Positions 8,653 through 18,097 of a DNA stretch of 64,000 nt are shown here, piece by piece (the first letter of the stretch is position 1; each line of letters starts with the position of its first letter). This DNA is from an uncultured Saprospiraceae bacterium (GTDB lineage Bacteria; Bacteroidota; Bacteroidia; Chitinophagales; Saprospiraceae), in assembly GCA_964486185.1 (NCBI GenBank), contig CAZALD010000013.1, positions 34,897 to 98,896 on the forward strand. The letters are read 5' to 3'. The notes under the pieces were generated by a model. The model had not been told where the DNA came from and did not search any database. It saw only the letters and a list, made by a program, of their open reading frames with translations. The position numbers were made by a program, and so were the translations under genes.

Positions 8653-11600
8653 CCCTGCTTTTTGAGGCTTTGATAATATTGTTCGACCAGTTTCTTGTAA
8701 AAAGGCTGTAAATCCGGAGAAACTTGTTTGAACCATTCTGTTTCAGCCTGTCGGGCTTTGATGTATTCTTCCAGGCTTGGTGGTATTTTACGAACAATAT
8801 TCGTACCAGTTTCTGATTTTCGTTTTTCATCCAGGTCTCTTTCACGGTCTGATTTCTCAGCTTCCAACAGTCTGGTGGTGATTTCCTGTTGTCTTTTTAG
8901 CATTTCGTTGGTTAGTTTTTTATTGACGAGTTGCTTTTCCATCTGATTCATTTCTTCGATCAGTTCCTGAGCTTGTTTGCTGCCGCCTCCGGTTTCTTTC
9001 TTTTCATTTTCAAGATCCTGAAGCATTTTCCTGAGTTTAGCTTGCTTTGCAGCCATTTCTGCAAATTCTTTGGAGCTTCCCTGCTGCCCGTTGCGCATTT
9101 TTTCCAGCACCTCTTTCATGCCTTTTTCCAGCGCTTTTTGACCTTCGGCCATTTTATCTTTGGGTACCTTACCGGCTTTGCCATTGCCACCTTTACCTGG
9201 TTTTTTACAGGCTTTGCTGCCCGGTTTGTTACAGGAGCTGTTGCATTCCTTTTGTTTTTGATCCAAAGCTTCCGACAACATGACAGCCAGGTCATTCATG
9301 TTTTTCATTACACGGCGCTGATTATTGGAGGCTTCTCCGTTTTGCCGGTCTTCCAGCAGAGAAATGCCGGTTTTAAAATTTTGATTGATTTCGCCCACTT
9401 TTTCCATGACAAATGACTGAATCTCGACCAGTCGTTTGCTGAGTACTTCCAAAGTATCTTCGACGATCTTAAAATTTTCTTTGACTCTAAATTGATCCTG
9501 CAGAAGGGTCAGGTAGCGGGGTGTTTGAGGATTCATATTCGCCATTTCGCCCACGATTTTTTCCTGATCATAAGAAAGACCTACCAGGTTTTCGAGTAAT
9601 TGACGCAACATACGTGCGTCTTCCTGAGCCTGTTCCTGATCTGAATCGGCCATTTCCTGTTCGATCTGATTGGCCATATCTTTCATTTTACCGGAAGCAT
9701 CTTTTTGCTTTTTAGAAGCTTTGCCATTGTTTTCTTTGCCGAGTTCATCTTTGGAATCCTTTAGATCTTTCTTTATATCGTTTTGTTGCTCTTTCCGGTC
9801 TTCCATCTGCCTTGGAGTATTGAGCCCATCATTTTTCTTTTTAATTTCTTCTTGTTTTTTAGCAATTTCTTCAAATTTTTTATTGATTTCTTCCTGTTGT
9901 TTTTTCAGATCTTCAGCTGATTCCGATTTTTGTTCTGTTTTTTCTGATAAAGCATCCTGTTGTTCAGCCAGTTTATTGAGCTCTTTGACCTGATCTTTTA
10001 GATTTTTTTCAAGCTCCAGTTGTTTAAATAATTGTAGCAGACGATCCATTTCTTTGGTAACATCGGCATTTTTATCCTGAAACTTTTCAGTCATCTCGAT
10101 TGCCTGATCTTTATTCATTTCATTCATCAACTCCTGAATCTGTTGCATCAACTTATTCATTTCCTCATTGGCTGCATCATCAAACAATTTTTTAAGTTGT
10201 TCCTGTTTGTTTAAAAGATCTTCATCGGGATTCTTTTGACGTTGTAAATTTTCATCAAACTTCTTTTTGGCATCTTCAAATTGTTTCTGAAGTTTTTGCT
10301 GTTGCTCCATCATTTTTTCAAGGTCCTTTTTATTTTGCCATTCAATATCTTTTTTCTGGCGTACCTTGTTTTTATAATCATCTAGTTTTTCCTGAAGTTT
10401 TTTGGCTTCCCTCAGCGCCTCTTCCATTTTATCTTTGATGTCTTCATTATTGAGCTCTTCCATTTTCGCCAATTGCTCATCTGTGATTTCTTTGTATTCG
10501 AGAATCTGGCTGCGGGAAGATTTACTGCCATTTATAGCATCATTATCCCACACTTCAAAATAATAAGAGATGGATTCTCCTGCCTGCAATTCAAAATCAC
10601 GAGCATCAAAAACATAAGTAAAAGATCCTGCTTTGGCAGAACCTTCCTGCGGTATGTTTTTTGTTTTTAAACCATCTTCATTTCCATTGGATCGTTTGAT
10701 GATATAATTAAAACTGAGATGACGGATTCCGTAATCATCAGAAAATTCTCCGGCAAAATACTTGCGTTTCCAATCCATACTGTCGGCAAATGCTTCAATA
10801 TGTATCTGGGGATATTGATCAGGAATAACACTGACATAATATTGAATGGATTCCATATTATCCAGCTGATTGTTTTTTAAAAACAAAGTATAGTTCTGAT
10901 CCTGTTTAAAATTTCTGGAATAACTAAATTCATTTTTTGTATTGCGCTGGATTTCAATTTTCTCCGGATCAACTGAGCCCTGATAATAAAAATGATCCGT
11001 ATGATCGGAATTAAAACTCCAGCTGACTTTGGTGCCTGCCGGAATAATCAGATCGCCGGTATTTTGTAATCGTTCATTTTTTCGTCCGGTATATCGGGGA
11101 TAATCCAGTTGTACCTCAAAAGAATGAATAAATGGTTTCATGATAACATTCAAAACATATTCCGGAGATTTTATATTTCCTGAAAAAATAGTGAAGGGAA
11201 GATTTTGCTGTACATTATTAAAAGTATAGGAAAATTCTTCAGCACTTTCTTTTCTGAGCCGGTACTGGAAGTGATCTACATCAATGAAGACCTCTGAGGG
11301 TATGGCGTTTCCTTCAGTGCGAATTTTTAACGTAAAATCTCCGTTTTGGATCACATTGAGATCTTCTTTTTCAAGGATAAAAGTAAAAGGTGCTTCTTTT
11401 TCAAAATCTTTATCGACCTGTATTAATCGCTGAGTAGGATTTTGAATAAGTCCGGGTGCCCAAACCAATAAGGAACACAATACGAGTAATGGTGCTGCAG
11501 CGTATTGCAGGTATTTGCGGTTTTTCTGCAGATCAATGGCTTGCACAAAAGGTACCGGCGTGAGTTCAATGGATTTTTGTTGAATGCTGGCTTCTATCAG

Positions 11601-11987
11601 ACTTCGGTCGGTGTAGTTAATGGATTGTGATTTTAACTGAAGGACATTTAACAATTTATCTTTTACATCGCCAAAATGGGTACCTATAATCCTGGCAGCT
11701 TCTTCATGGGAAATCAGCTTACCTAAATTAAAATAATGCAGTAATGGCCTGAAGATCCAATACCAAAAACTGGCAATAAATAACAGGATATAGGAAGAGC
11801 TTAGAATTTTACGAAATGATTTGCCAAAATAAAATTGACTTTCGAGTAAATTATACGCCAGAAATACAAGAGTCAGTAAACCGGTAAAATAAAGGCTTCC
11901 CCGGATCAGCTGATTTATATAATATTTTCGGGTAAATTGATCAATCTTCTGAATCAGCTGATGGTAATAATTTTCATTCATGGTCAT
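8649..11987 (-). CDS. Large membrane-anchored coiled-coil protein (DUF4175-like)
   Basis: 1112 aa with N-terminal TM helices and a beta-rich middle region. About 550 aa are K/E/Q-rich predicted coiled coil, followed by the Cys/Lys/Gly patch CNSSCNKPGSKACKKPGKGGNGKAGK. Confidence 0.6.
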   Translation of the reverse strand: MTMNENYYHQLIQKIDQFTRKYYINQLIRGSLYFTGLLTLVFLAYNLLESQFYFGKSFRKILSSSYILLFIASFWYWIFRPLLHYFNLGKLISHEEAARIIGTHFGDVKDKLLNVLQLKSQSINYTDRSLIEASIQQKSIELTPVPFVQAIDLQKNRKYLQYAAAPLLVLCSLLVWAPGLIQNPTQRLIQVDKDFEKEAPFTFILEKEDLNVIQNGDFTLKIRTEGNAIPSEVFIDVDHFQYRLRKESAEEFSYTFNNVQQNLPFTIFSGNIKSPEYVLNVIMKPFIHSFEVQLDYPRYTGRKNERLQNTGDLIIPAGTKVSWSFNSDHTDHFYYQGSVDPEKIEIQRNTKNEFSYSRNFKQDQNYTLFLKNNQLDNMESIQYYVSVIPDQYPQIHIEAFADSMDWKRKYFAGEFSDDYGIRHLSFNYIIKRSNGNEDGLKTKNIPQEGSAKAGSFTYVFDARDFELQAGESISYYFEVWDNDAINGSKSSRSQILEYKEITDEQLAKMEELNNEDIKDKMEEALREAKKLQEKLDDYKNKVRQKKDIEWQNKKDLEKMMEQQQKLQKQFEDAKKKFDENLQRQKNPDEDLLNKQEQLKKLFDDAANEEMNKLMQQIQELMNEMNKDQAIEMTEKFQDKNADVTKEMDRLLQLFKQLELEKNLKDQVKELNKLAEQQDALSEKTEQKSESAEDLKKQQEEINKKFEEIAKKQEEIKKKNDGLNTPRQMEDRKEQQNDIKKDLKDSKDELGKENNGKASKKQKDASGKMKDMANQIEQEMADSDQEQAQEDARMLRQLLENLVGLSYDQEKIVGEMANMNPQTPRYLTLLQDQFRVKENFKIVEDTLEVLSKRLVEIQSFVMEKVGEINQNFKTGISLLEDRQNGEASNNQRRVMKNMNDLAVMLSEALDQKQKECNSSCNKPGSKACKKPGKGGNGKAGKVPKDKMAEGQKALEKGMKEVLEKMRNGQQGSSKEFAEMAAKQAKLRKMLQDLENEKKETGGGSKQAQELIEEMNQMEKQLVNKKLTNEMLKRQQEITTRLLEAEKSDRERDLDEKRKSETGTNIVRKIPPSLEEYIKARQAETEWFKQVSPDLQPFYKKLVEQYYQSLKKQG

Positions 11988-12373
11988 AAAATCGTACTAT
12001 AAGTTTAACAAACGCAAATTACGCTAAAATAAGTTCAAGAAACAGGGTGTATACCCGATAAAATTAAGTTAAAGTCCCTTTTTGAACTTCGCTCAAGCTT
12101 ATCTGGCATAAAATTTTTTAAAAGTTCGTTTCTCATCGTCAACGTGTTGTTGTGTCAGCTTAATGGTATAAGCAAGCTGCTGCAGTAAAACAAGGCTGAA
12201 CGGTCAGGGTTTAAATAAATTGATTTTAGCCCTTATCAGGGTCCCTGAATGAGTCGGGTAATGGCCTGAAAATTGAAAAAAAATAAACATATTAAAGTAT
12301 TTTATACATTATAAAACATTATAAATCAGATATAAATATATTCAGACCCTTCAAGTGAATTAAAAATTGGTAT

Positions 12374-12381
12374 TATTTTTG
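12374..12381 (+). promoter_or_regulatory. Bacteroidota -7 box TAnnTTTG (TATTTTTG) upstream of the glucosaminidase gene
   Basis: Exact match to TAnnTTTG, 28 nt before the ATG at 12409. Confidence 0.4.
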
Positions 12382-12408
12382 TGTTGCTTTAGGCAAATGC
12401 CTGTAAAA

Positions 12409-13140
12409 ATGAAATCTGTATTTTCAATTCGCTTAATTAAATGGAGTCTGATCTTATCGGGATCATGTATGTTTTTTGTTTCATCCCGCCCTGTATCGAT
12501 GCAGGAAATTTATATCGAGCAATATAAACTGGTTGCGATCAGTGAAATGGAGAGGTCGGGTATTCCGGCCAGTATTAAAATGGCTCAGGCTCTTTTAGAA
12601 TCGGGTTCCGGAAAAAGTGAATTAGCTAAAAATGCGAATAACCACTTTGGTATTAAATGTAAAAATAACTGGACCGGAGGTATCTATTATTATCATGATG
12701 ACGACCGCAACAGTGAAGGTGAATTAATTGCTTCATGTTTTCGTCTGTACCCGGATGCTTTAGATTCGTATCGCGACCATAGTGATTTTCTGGTCAACAG
12801 ACCACGCTATAAAGAATTATTCAGCCTCGAAAAAACAGATTATGTCGGTTGGGCTCAGGGATTAAAGCGTTGTGGATATGCTACAGATCCCAATTATGCC
12901 AATCTTCTTATCAAGACAGTAAAAAAGTACAATCTGGACAATCTGGATTACATCAGCAGTTCGAATGTACAAAAGTCAGAAACTAAAAAAGATTCACTTG
13001 TTGAATTACGTGTAGATAAGCCTGTATTGCCGATAGCTCCTAAGACGGCGACACTAAGTATTCCGAAAAGTATTCCAAAGAATATGATAAAGCCAAGTCA
13101 GAAATCGCTTAAAAAGCACAAGCGTAAAAGGAGAAATTAG
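12409..13140 (+). CDS. GH73 N-acetylglucosaminidase-domain peptidoglycan hydrolase (FlgJ-like domain)
   Basis: IPASIKMAQALLESGSGKSELAKNANNHFGIKC and GYATDPNYA. The start is moved to MKSVFSI, which has a signal/anchor sequence. Confidence 0.75.
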   Translation: MKSVFSIRLIKWSLILSGSCMFFVSSRPVSMQEIYIEQYKLVAISEMERSGIPASIKMAQALLESGSGKSELAKNANNHFGIKCKNNWTGGIYYYHDDDRNSEGELIASCFRLYPDALDSYRDHSDFLVNRPRYKELFSLEKTDYVGWAQGLKRCGYATDPNYANLLIKTVKKYNLDNLDYISSSNVQKSETKKDSLVELRVDKPVLPIAPKTATLSIPKSIPKNMIKPSQKSLKKHKRKRRN

Positions 13141-13219
13141 TAGATTTGCCCCTGCCAAAGTTGTCAGGGTCTAAGTAAACCAATCTCAAACCTGGACGAA
13201 TGATTTTAGCGTGATGAAC

Positions 13220-14278
13220 CTACTCGCTCAATTCTTCTGATAGCTTTGGCCTTTTTTTCAAGACATTTTGATGCATTTCTTTATAACCTTTTCGTTGCAT
13301 CACAATATCCTTAGCCATATAGATAGCATGTAACATTGAAGCTGGATCTGCTTCATTTTTACCGGCCAGTTCAAATCCGGTACCATGATCCGGAGAGGTT
13401 CTTACAAAAGACAGTCCTGCCGTATAATTCACACCCTGATAATATGCCAGTGTTTTAAATGGAATGAGTCCCTGATCGTGATACATGGCCAGGATTCCAT
13501 CAAATTTATCAAATTGACCCGATCCAAAAAAACCATCAGATGAGTAAGGTCCGGCAACAAACACTCCGGCTTTTTTGGCTTCAATTATAGCCGGTCGCAC
13601 AATTTCTTCGTCTTCTGAGCCCAGGAGTCCTTCTTCGCCGGCATGTGGATTGAGTCCCAGGACAGCTATATGAGGTTTTTCAATACCAAAATCCAGCATC
13701 AGGGATTGTTCCATAATTCTGATTTTTGATAAGATACTATCCTTTGTTATGGCTTTGCTGATATCAGCTACAGGAATATGGTCGGTGACCAGTCCAACTT
13801 TGATCCGGTCAGATACCATAAACATCAGGCAATCCTGAGCGCCCGATTTATCGCGTAAATAACCGGTATGTCCCAGGTGTTCGAAGCCTGCCATCCGCAT
13901 GGATAATTTATGTACCGGACCTGTAACAATAGCGTCGATTTCTCCTTTCATCACATCGTCGATTGCACTATCCAGAGCGAGTTGGGCGTATTTACCTCCA
14001 TCCGGACTGGCTTTTCCCAGGGTGATGGTTACATTGTCATTCCAGCAATTAACCATGTTGATTCGTCCGGGCCTTGGCCGTTCACCCTGAGCTAAAACAT
14101 TGAAGCTCAGGTTTTCGAGTTGCACAATATTTTTATGATAAGAAGCTATTTTCACATTGCCATAAATAATGGGTATGATGTTTTTTAAGACAGATTCATT
14201 ATTTAAGGCCTTTAAAATGACCTCCAGACTAATACTATTAATGTCACCACAGGTAATGCCTATTTTAATTTTTTCCAT
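13220..14278 (-). CDS. pdxA: 4-hydroxythreonine-4-phosphate dehydrogenase
   Basis: GLNPHAGE, HTGYL, SPDHGT. The start is moved to MEKIKIGIT. Confidence 0.85.
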   Translation of the reverse strand: MEKIKIGITCGDINSISLEVILKALNNESVLKNIIPIIYGNVKIASYHKNIVQLENLSFNVLAQGERPRPGRINMVNCWNDNVTITLGKASPDGGKYAQLALDSAIDDVMKGEIDAIVTGPVHKLSMRMAGFEHLGHTGYLRDKSGAQDCLMFMVSDRIKVGLVTDHIPVADISKAITKDSILSKIRIMEQSLMLDFGIEKPHIAVLGLNPHAGEEGLLGSEDEEIVRPAIIEAKKAGVFVAGPYSSDGFFGSGQFDKFDGILAMYHDQGLIPFKTLAYYQGVNYTAGLSFVRTSPDHGTGFELAGKNEADPASMLHAIYMAKDIVMQRKGYKEMHQNVLKKRPKLSEELSE

Positions 14279-14545
14279 AGTTTTTTGTGCATTGCAGGTT
14301 GCGAAGATAAGAGGAAACCGCTGCTTCTTGTAGCCTGTTCGCAATACAGAACGGATATGATTCGCTAAAGGCTTGATTCAGAGAGTATCAGCAACTTATT
14401 TGACCTAAACCCAGGGCTCTGGTAAAAAGCATCAGATACCGGGTAATTTGAGTAATTATGCCAAATTTTCATTGTTTTTCAATCAGTTATAAAAAAATTA
14501 ACGAAAAAAAATGATATTTTATAAACTAGTTTAAGACTCTGCAAT

Positions 14546-14553
14546 TACCTTTG
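14546..14553 (+). promoter_or_regulatory. -7 box TAnnTTTG (TACCTTTG) upstream of rplM
   Basis: Exact motif match, 45 nt before the GTG start of rplM. Confidence 0.4.
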
Positions 14554-14598
14554 TCGCCGCTTTCAAAAAAAGCCATCTTTCATTTAAAATTAAATAAA

Positions 14599-15042
14599 GT
14601 GAATACATTGAGTTACAAAACGATGCATACCCGTCCTCAGGACGTCAAGCGTAAATGGTATGTTATCGACGCAGAAGCCATGGTCGTCGGACGCATGTGT
14701 TCAAAAATTGCAGCCTTGCTGGCAGGTAAACACAAAGTTGATTACAGTACCCATGTGGATGTAGGAGATCATGTGATTGTCGTCAATGCCGGAAAAGTAC
14801 GCTTTACAGGCAATAAGCTTAATGATAAAGTGTATCTGACATACTCAGGTTATCCCGGAGGTCAGAAAAGTGCAACTCCTAAAGAGTTACTGGCAAAACA
14901 CCCAACGCGTATTGTGGAAGTGGCTGTTCGTAAAATGCTGCCTAAAAATAAATTAGGCGATGCAATGTTTGGAAAACTATTTGTTTATGCAGGTCCTGAG
15001 CATCCACACGCTGCTCAAAAACCTGAAACGTATACTATATAA
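14599..15042 (+). CDS. rplM: 50S ribosomal protein L13
   Basis: NTLSYKT...KWYVIDAEAMVVGRM is the typical L13 N-terminus. I infer a GTG start at 14599. Confidence 0.9.
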   Translation: MNTLSYKTMHTRPQDVKRKWYVIDAEAMVVGRMCSKIAALLAGKHKVDYSTHVDVGDHVIVVNAGKVRFTGNKLNDKVYLTYSGYPGGQKSATPKELLAKHPTRIVEVAVRKMLPKNKLGDAMFGKLFVYAGPEHPHAAQKPETYTI

Positions 15043-15049
15043 TTTATTT

Positions 15050-15445
15050 ATGGAAACAATTAACGCAATTGGTAGAAGGAAAGCCGCTGTTGCCAGGGTG
15101 TATTTTCGCAAAGGCTCATCTGCAAATACAGATGTCACAGTTAACGGCCGCCCGTTAAATGAATATTTTCCCATCAAGGATATTGCTCAAAAAGTAATGG
15201 ATCCGATTCAGATCGTAGGCGGAGATACTTCCTACTCGATTACGGCCAGCATCCGGGGTGGTGGTTTGAAAGGTCAGGCAGAAGCCTTACGTCTGGCAAT
15301 CTCCAGAGCATTTTGTAAAATAGATGGTGAAAACAGATCTCCTCTAAAAGAACGGAAGTTTTTAACCCGTGATGCCAGAGAGGTTGAACGCAAAAAATTT
15401 GGATTACGCAAAGCGCGTAAAAACTCACAGTTCTCTAAACGTTAA
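15050..15445 (+). CDS. rpsI: 30S ribosomal protein S9
   Basis: GRRKAAVARV...GGGLKGQAEALRLAISRA...RKKFGLRKARK..QFSKR. Confidence 0.92.
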   Translation: METINAIGRRKAAVARVYFRKGSSANTDVTVNGRPLNEYFPIKDIAQKVMDPIQIVGGDTSYSITASIRGGGLKGQAEALRLAISRAFCKIDGENRSPLKERKFLTRDAREVERKKFGLRKARKNSQFSKR

Positions 15446-15475
15446 TTTTTACATTTTTCTAATTATCCGCTAATC

Positions 15476-16192
15476 ATGGAAAAACCTACTTATAATCAGA
15501 TGTTGGACGCCGGTGTTCATTTTGGTCACTTGAGAAGAAAGTGGAATCCCAAAATGCGCAAATTCATATTTAAAGAACACAAGGGTGTTCACCTGATCGA
15601 TTTAAATCGTACCAGCGAATGCCTTGAAAAGGCCGGTCAAGCTATGAAACAAATTGCCAAATCCGGTAAAAAAATTATGTTTGTAGCCACTAAAAAACAA
15701 GCCAGAGATATCGTAGCGGAAGCTGCAAAAAGTGTTAGCATGCCTTATGTAACTGACCGTTGGTTGGGTGGCATGATGACCAACTTTAGTACGATCAGAC
15801 GTTCCGTAAAAAAAATGAACAATATCGACCGCATGCTTTCTGATAGTACTGTCACGACAATCACTAAAAAAGAACGTCTTACCCTTAGCCGCGAACGCGA
15901 AAAAATGGAACGCGTTTTAGGTGGGGTTGCCAATTTAAACAGATTACCTTCTGCGGTATTTATTGTGGATATTCTAAATGAGCATCTCGCAGTCTATGAA
16001 TCCGAAAAACTAGGTATCAGAACCTTCGCCATGGTTGATACAAACAGTGATCCCAATCAGGTGGATTTTCCAATACCCGCCAATGATGATTCTTCCAAAT
16101 CCATTGCAATCATTACCAAATACATCGTAGATGCTATTAAAGAAGGTCTTGACGAACGCAATGCAGAAGTAAAAGAAGAAGCTACTGCTTAA
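15476..16192 (+). CDS. rpsB: 30S ribosomal protein S2
   Basis: LDAGVHFGHLRRKWNPKM and the conserved S2 core. Confidence 0.92.
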   Translation: MEKPTYNQMLDAGVHFGHLRRKWNPKMRKFIFKEHKGVHLIDLNRTSECLEKAGQAMKQIAKSGKKIMFVATKKQARDIVAEAAKSVSMPYVTDRWLGGMMTNFSTIRRSVKKMNNIDRMLSDSTVTTITKKERLTLSREREKMERVLGGVANLNRLPSAVFIVDILNEHLAVYESEKLGIRTFAMVDTNSDPNQVDFPIPANDDSSKSIAIITKYIVDAIKEGLDERNAEVKEEATA

Positions 16193-16222
16193 AAATTATT
16201 TTAGAATATTAAACAGGGAAAT

Positions 16223-17059
16223 ATGAGTTTTACTTTATCAGCAGCTGATGTAAAAAATTTAAGAGACGCTACCGGTGCAGGAATGATGGATTGCAAAGCC
16301 GCTTTAACAGAAGCTGAAGGCGATTTTGAAAAAGCCATTGAAGTTCTTCGCAAAAAAGGTCAGAAGCTATCTTTAAAACGTGCAGACCGCGAGGCAAAAG
16401 AAGGTGTGGTCATTGCCAAAGTAAATGATGCTAAAACCAAAGGCGTTGTAGTTAAATTGAGCAGTGAAACAGACTTCGTTTCCAAAAATGAAGATTTTGT
16501 AAACACCACCATAAAAATTGCGGAAATCGCCCTCAACAACTTTCCCGATAACCTGGAAGACTTACTAGCGCTTAGCTTTGAAGGCAATACCAGCATAGGA
16601 GAAAAAGTAACCGATATGGTTGCAGCAATTGGCGAAAAAATTGAACTGACCAATTATGAAAAACTGGAAGCTGCTCAGGTAGAGCAATATATCCACATGG
16701 GTAATAAAGCGGGTGTATTGGTGGGCCTGAATAAAGCCGGAAATGAATATACAGATGCCGGTCGTGATGTGGCCATGCAAGTAGCAGCCATGAAACCTGT
16801 AGCTCTGGACAAAGGAGATGTCGATCCAAGTGTCATCCAGAAAGAAATAGAAATCGGTAAAGAACAAGCTCGTGCAGAAGGTAAACCAGAGCCGATGCTG
16901 GAAAAAATTGCCATGGGTAAACTTGAAAAATTTTATAAAGAAAGTACCCTGCTCAATCAGCAATTTGTAAAAGATGGAGGATTATCCATATCCGCTTACC
17001 TCAAATCCATTGATAAGGATCTAACGGTGACCGGATTTAAACATGTCAAATTAGGTTAA
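16223..17059 (+). CDS. tsf: Translation elongation factor Ts
   Basis: VKNLRDATGAGMMDCKAALTEA (UBA-like N-terminus) and synteny after rpsB. Confidence 0.92.
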   Translation: MSFTLSAADVKNLRDATGAGMMDCKAALTEAEGDFEKAIEVLRKKGQKLSLKRADREAKEGVVIAKVNDAKTKGVVVKLSSETDFVSKNEDFVNTTIKIAEIALNNFPDNLEDLLALSFEGNTSIGEKVTDMVAAIGEKIELTNYEKLEAAQVEQYIHMGNKAGVLVGLNKAGNEYTDAGRDVAMQVAAMKPVALDKGDVDPSVIQKEIEIGKEQARAEGKPEPMLEKIAMGKLEKFYKESTLLNQQFVKDGGLSISAYLKSIDKDLTVTGFKHVKLG

Positions 17060-17076
17060 ACCCGATATAAAAAAAA

Positions 17077-17103
17077 GCGAATGACTTATCATTCGCTTTT
17101 TTT
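17077..17103 (+). terminator. Rho-independent terminator after tsf
   Basis: gcgaatga-ctta-tcattcgc followed by T7. An A-run upstream makes it potentially bidirectional. Confidence 0.7.
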
Positions 17104-17200
17104 ATGCAATGCAATAAACTCTGCTTAGAATTAAATCATAAAATGGATAAACTAGCTGATGAAATAGCCTCCATTTTAAAAAGTTCTGTGTAGGTTTGAA

Positions 17201-17208
17201 CATATTTA
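17201..17208 (+). promoter_or_regulatory. -7 box TAnnTTTG (TAGGTTTG) upstream of pyrH
   Basis: Exact motif match, 18 nt before the ATG at 17227. Confidence 0.4.
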
Positions 17209-17226
17209 CATGAAAAGAAATACTCC

Positions 17227-17934
17227 ATGCCTAAGTACAAACGAATTCTTCTCAAATTAAGTGGTGAATCCCTGATGGGCGAACAAGCCTACGGTATCGA
17301 TCCCAAAATGTTAAAATATTATGCCAGTCAGATAAAAATGGCCGTGGGTCACAAAATTGAATTAGCGGTCGTCATCGGAGGTGGAAATATTTTCAGAGGG
17401 ATGGATGGAGAAGGATCCGGCATTGAACGGGTGCAGGGTGACTATATGGGTATGTTGGCGACCTGTATCAATGGTATGGCACTTCAGAGTGCATTGGAAA
17501 CTATTGGAGTTTATACACGACTCATTACAGCCATCGAAATGCGGCAAATTGCAGAACCTTATATCCGGAGACGGGCGATCCGACATCTTGAAAAAGGCCG
17601 CGTGATCATTTTTGCCGCAGGCTCCGGAAATCCTTACTTTACGACAGATTCGGCTGCTGCTTTACGCGCCAGTGAATTAAATGTGGAAGTGATATTAAAA
17701 GGTACCCGCGTCGACGGAATCTATGATAAGGATCCTCTCAAACACAAGGATGCCAAAAAATTTGAATCCCTGAGTTTTACTGAAGTCATAGCCAAAGATC
17801 TCGAGATTATGGATATGACCGCATTTACCATGTGTAAGGAAAATAATATTCCCATTATTGTATTTGATATTAATCAACCGGATAATTTTGAACGGATTAT
17901 CAAAGGTGAAAATATTGGAACCCTTGTAAAATAA
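17227..17934 (+). CDS. pyrH: UMP kinase
   Basis: KRILLKLSGE, GGGNIFRG, and synteny after tsf. Confidence 0.9.
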   Translation: MPKYKRILLKLSGESLMGEQAYGIDPKMLKYYASQIKMAVGHKIELAVVIGGGNIFRGMDGEGSGIERVQGDYMGMLATCINGMALQSALETIGVYTRLITAIEMRQIAEPYIRRRAIRHLEKGRVIIFAAGSGNPYFTTDSAAALRASELNVEVILKGTRVDGIYDKDPLKHKDAKKFESLSFTEVIAKDLEIMDMTAFTMCKENNIPIIVFDINQPDNFERIIKGENIGTLVK

Positions 17935-18097
17935 ATATCTCTCCCATTTTTAGAAAGCCACAGAAGCCTTTCCGGCATGGCCATTTGATTTCCGTAATTC
18001 GTTTTCAAAATGATTTGAATGACCTGACTAAAATCCGGATAGTTTGATTTCACTATCTTTATAAAGCAATTACCAGAATATTAAATGATACAATGAA

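Noticed and set aside
9400-10500. Apparent DNA-level repetitiveness within the coiled-coil gene, as a possible tandem repeat or variable-number locus.
   Set aside because: The similarity is compositional, from AAA/GAA/CAA codon bias for K/E/Q. I found no defined repeat unit by eye.
8728-10670. Plus-strand ORFs (8728-8946, 8931-9416, 9047-9283, 9521-9715, 9670-9993, 10473-10670) antisense to the 1112-aa gene.
   Set aside because: They are mirror-image low-complexity reading frames (F/L/S-rich) created by the K/E-rich coding strand. The long minus-strand frame is the coherent one.
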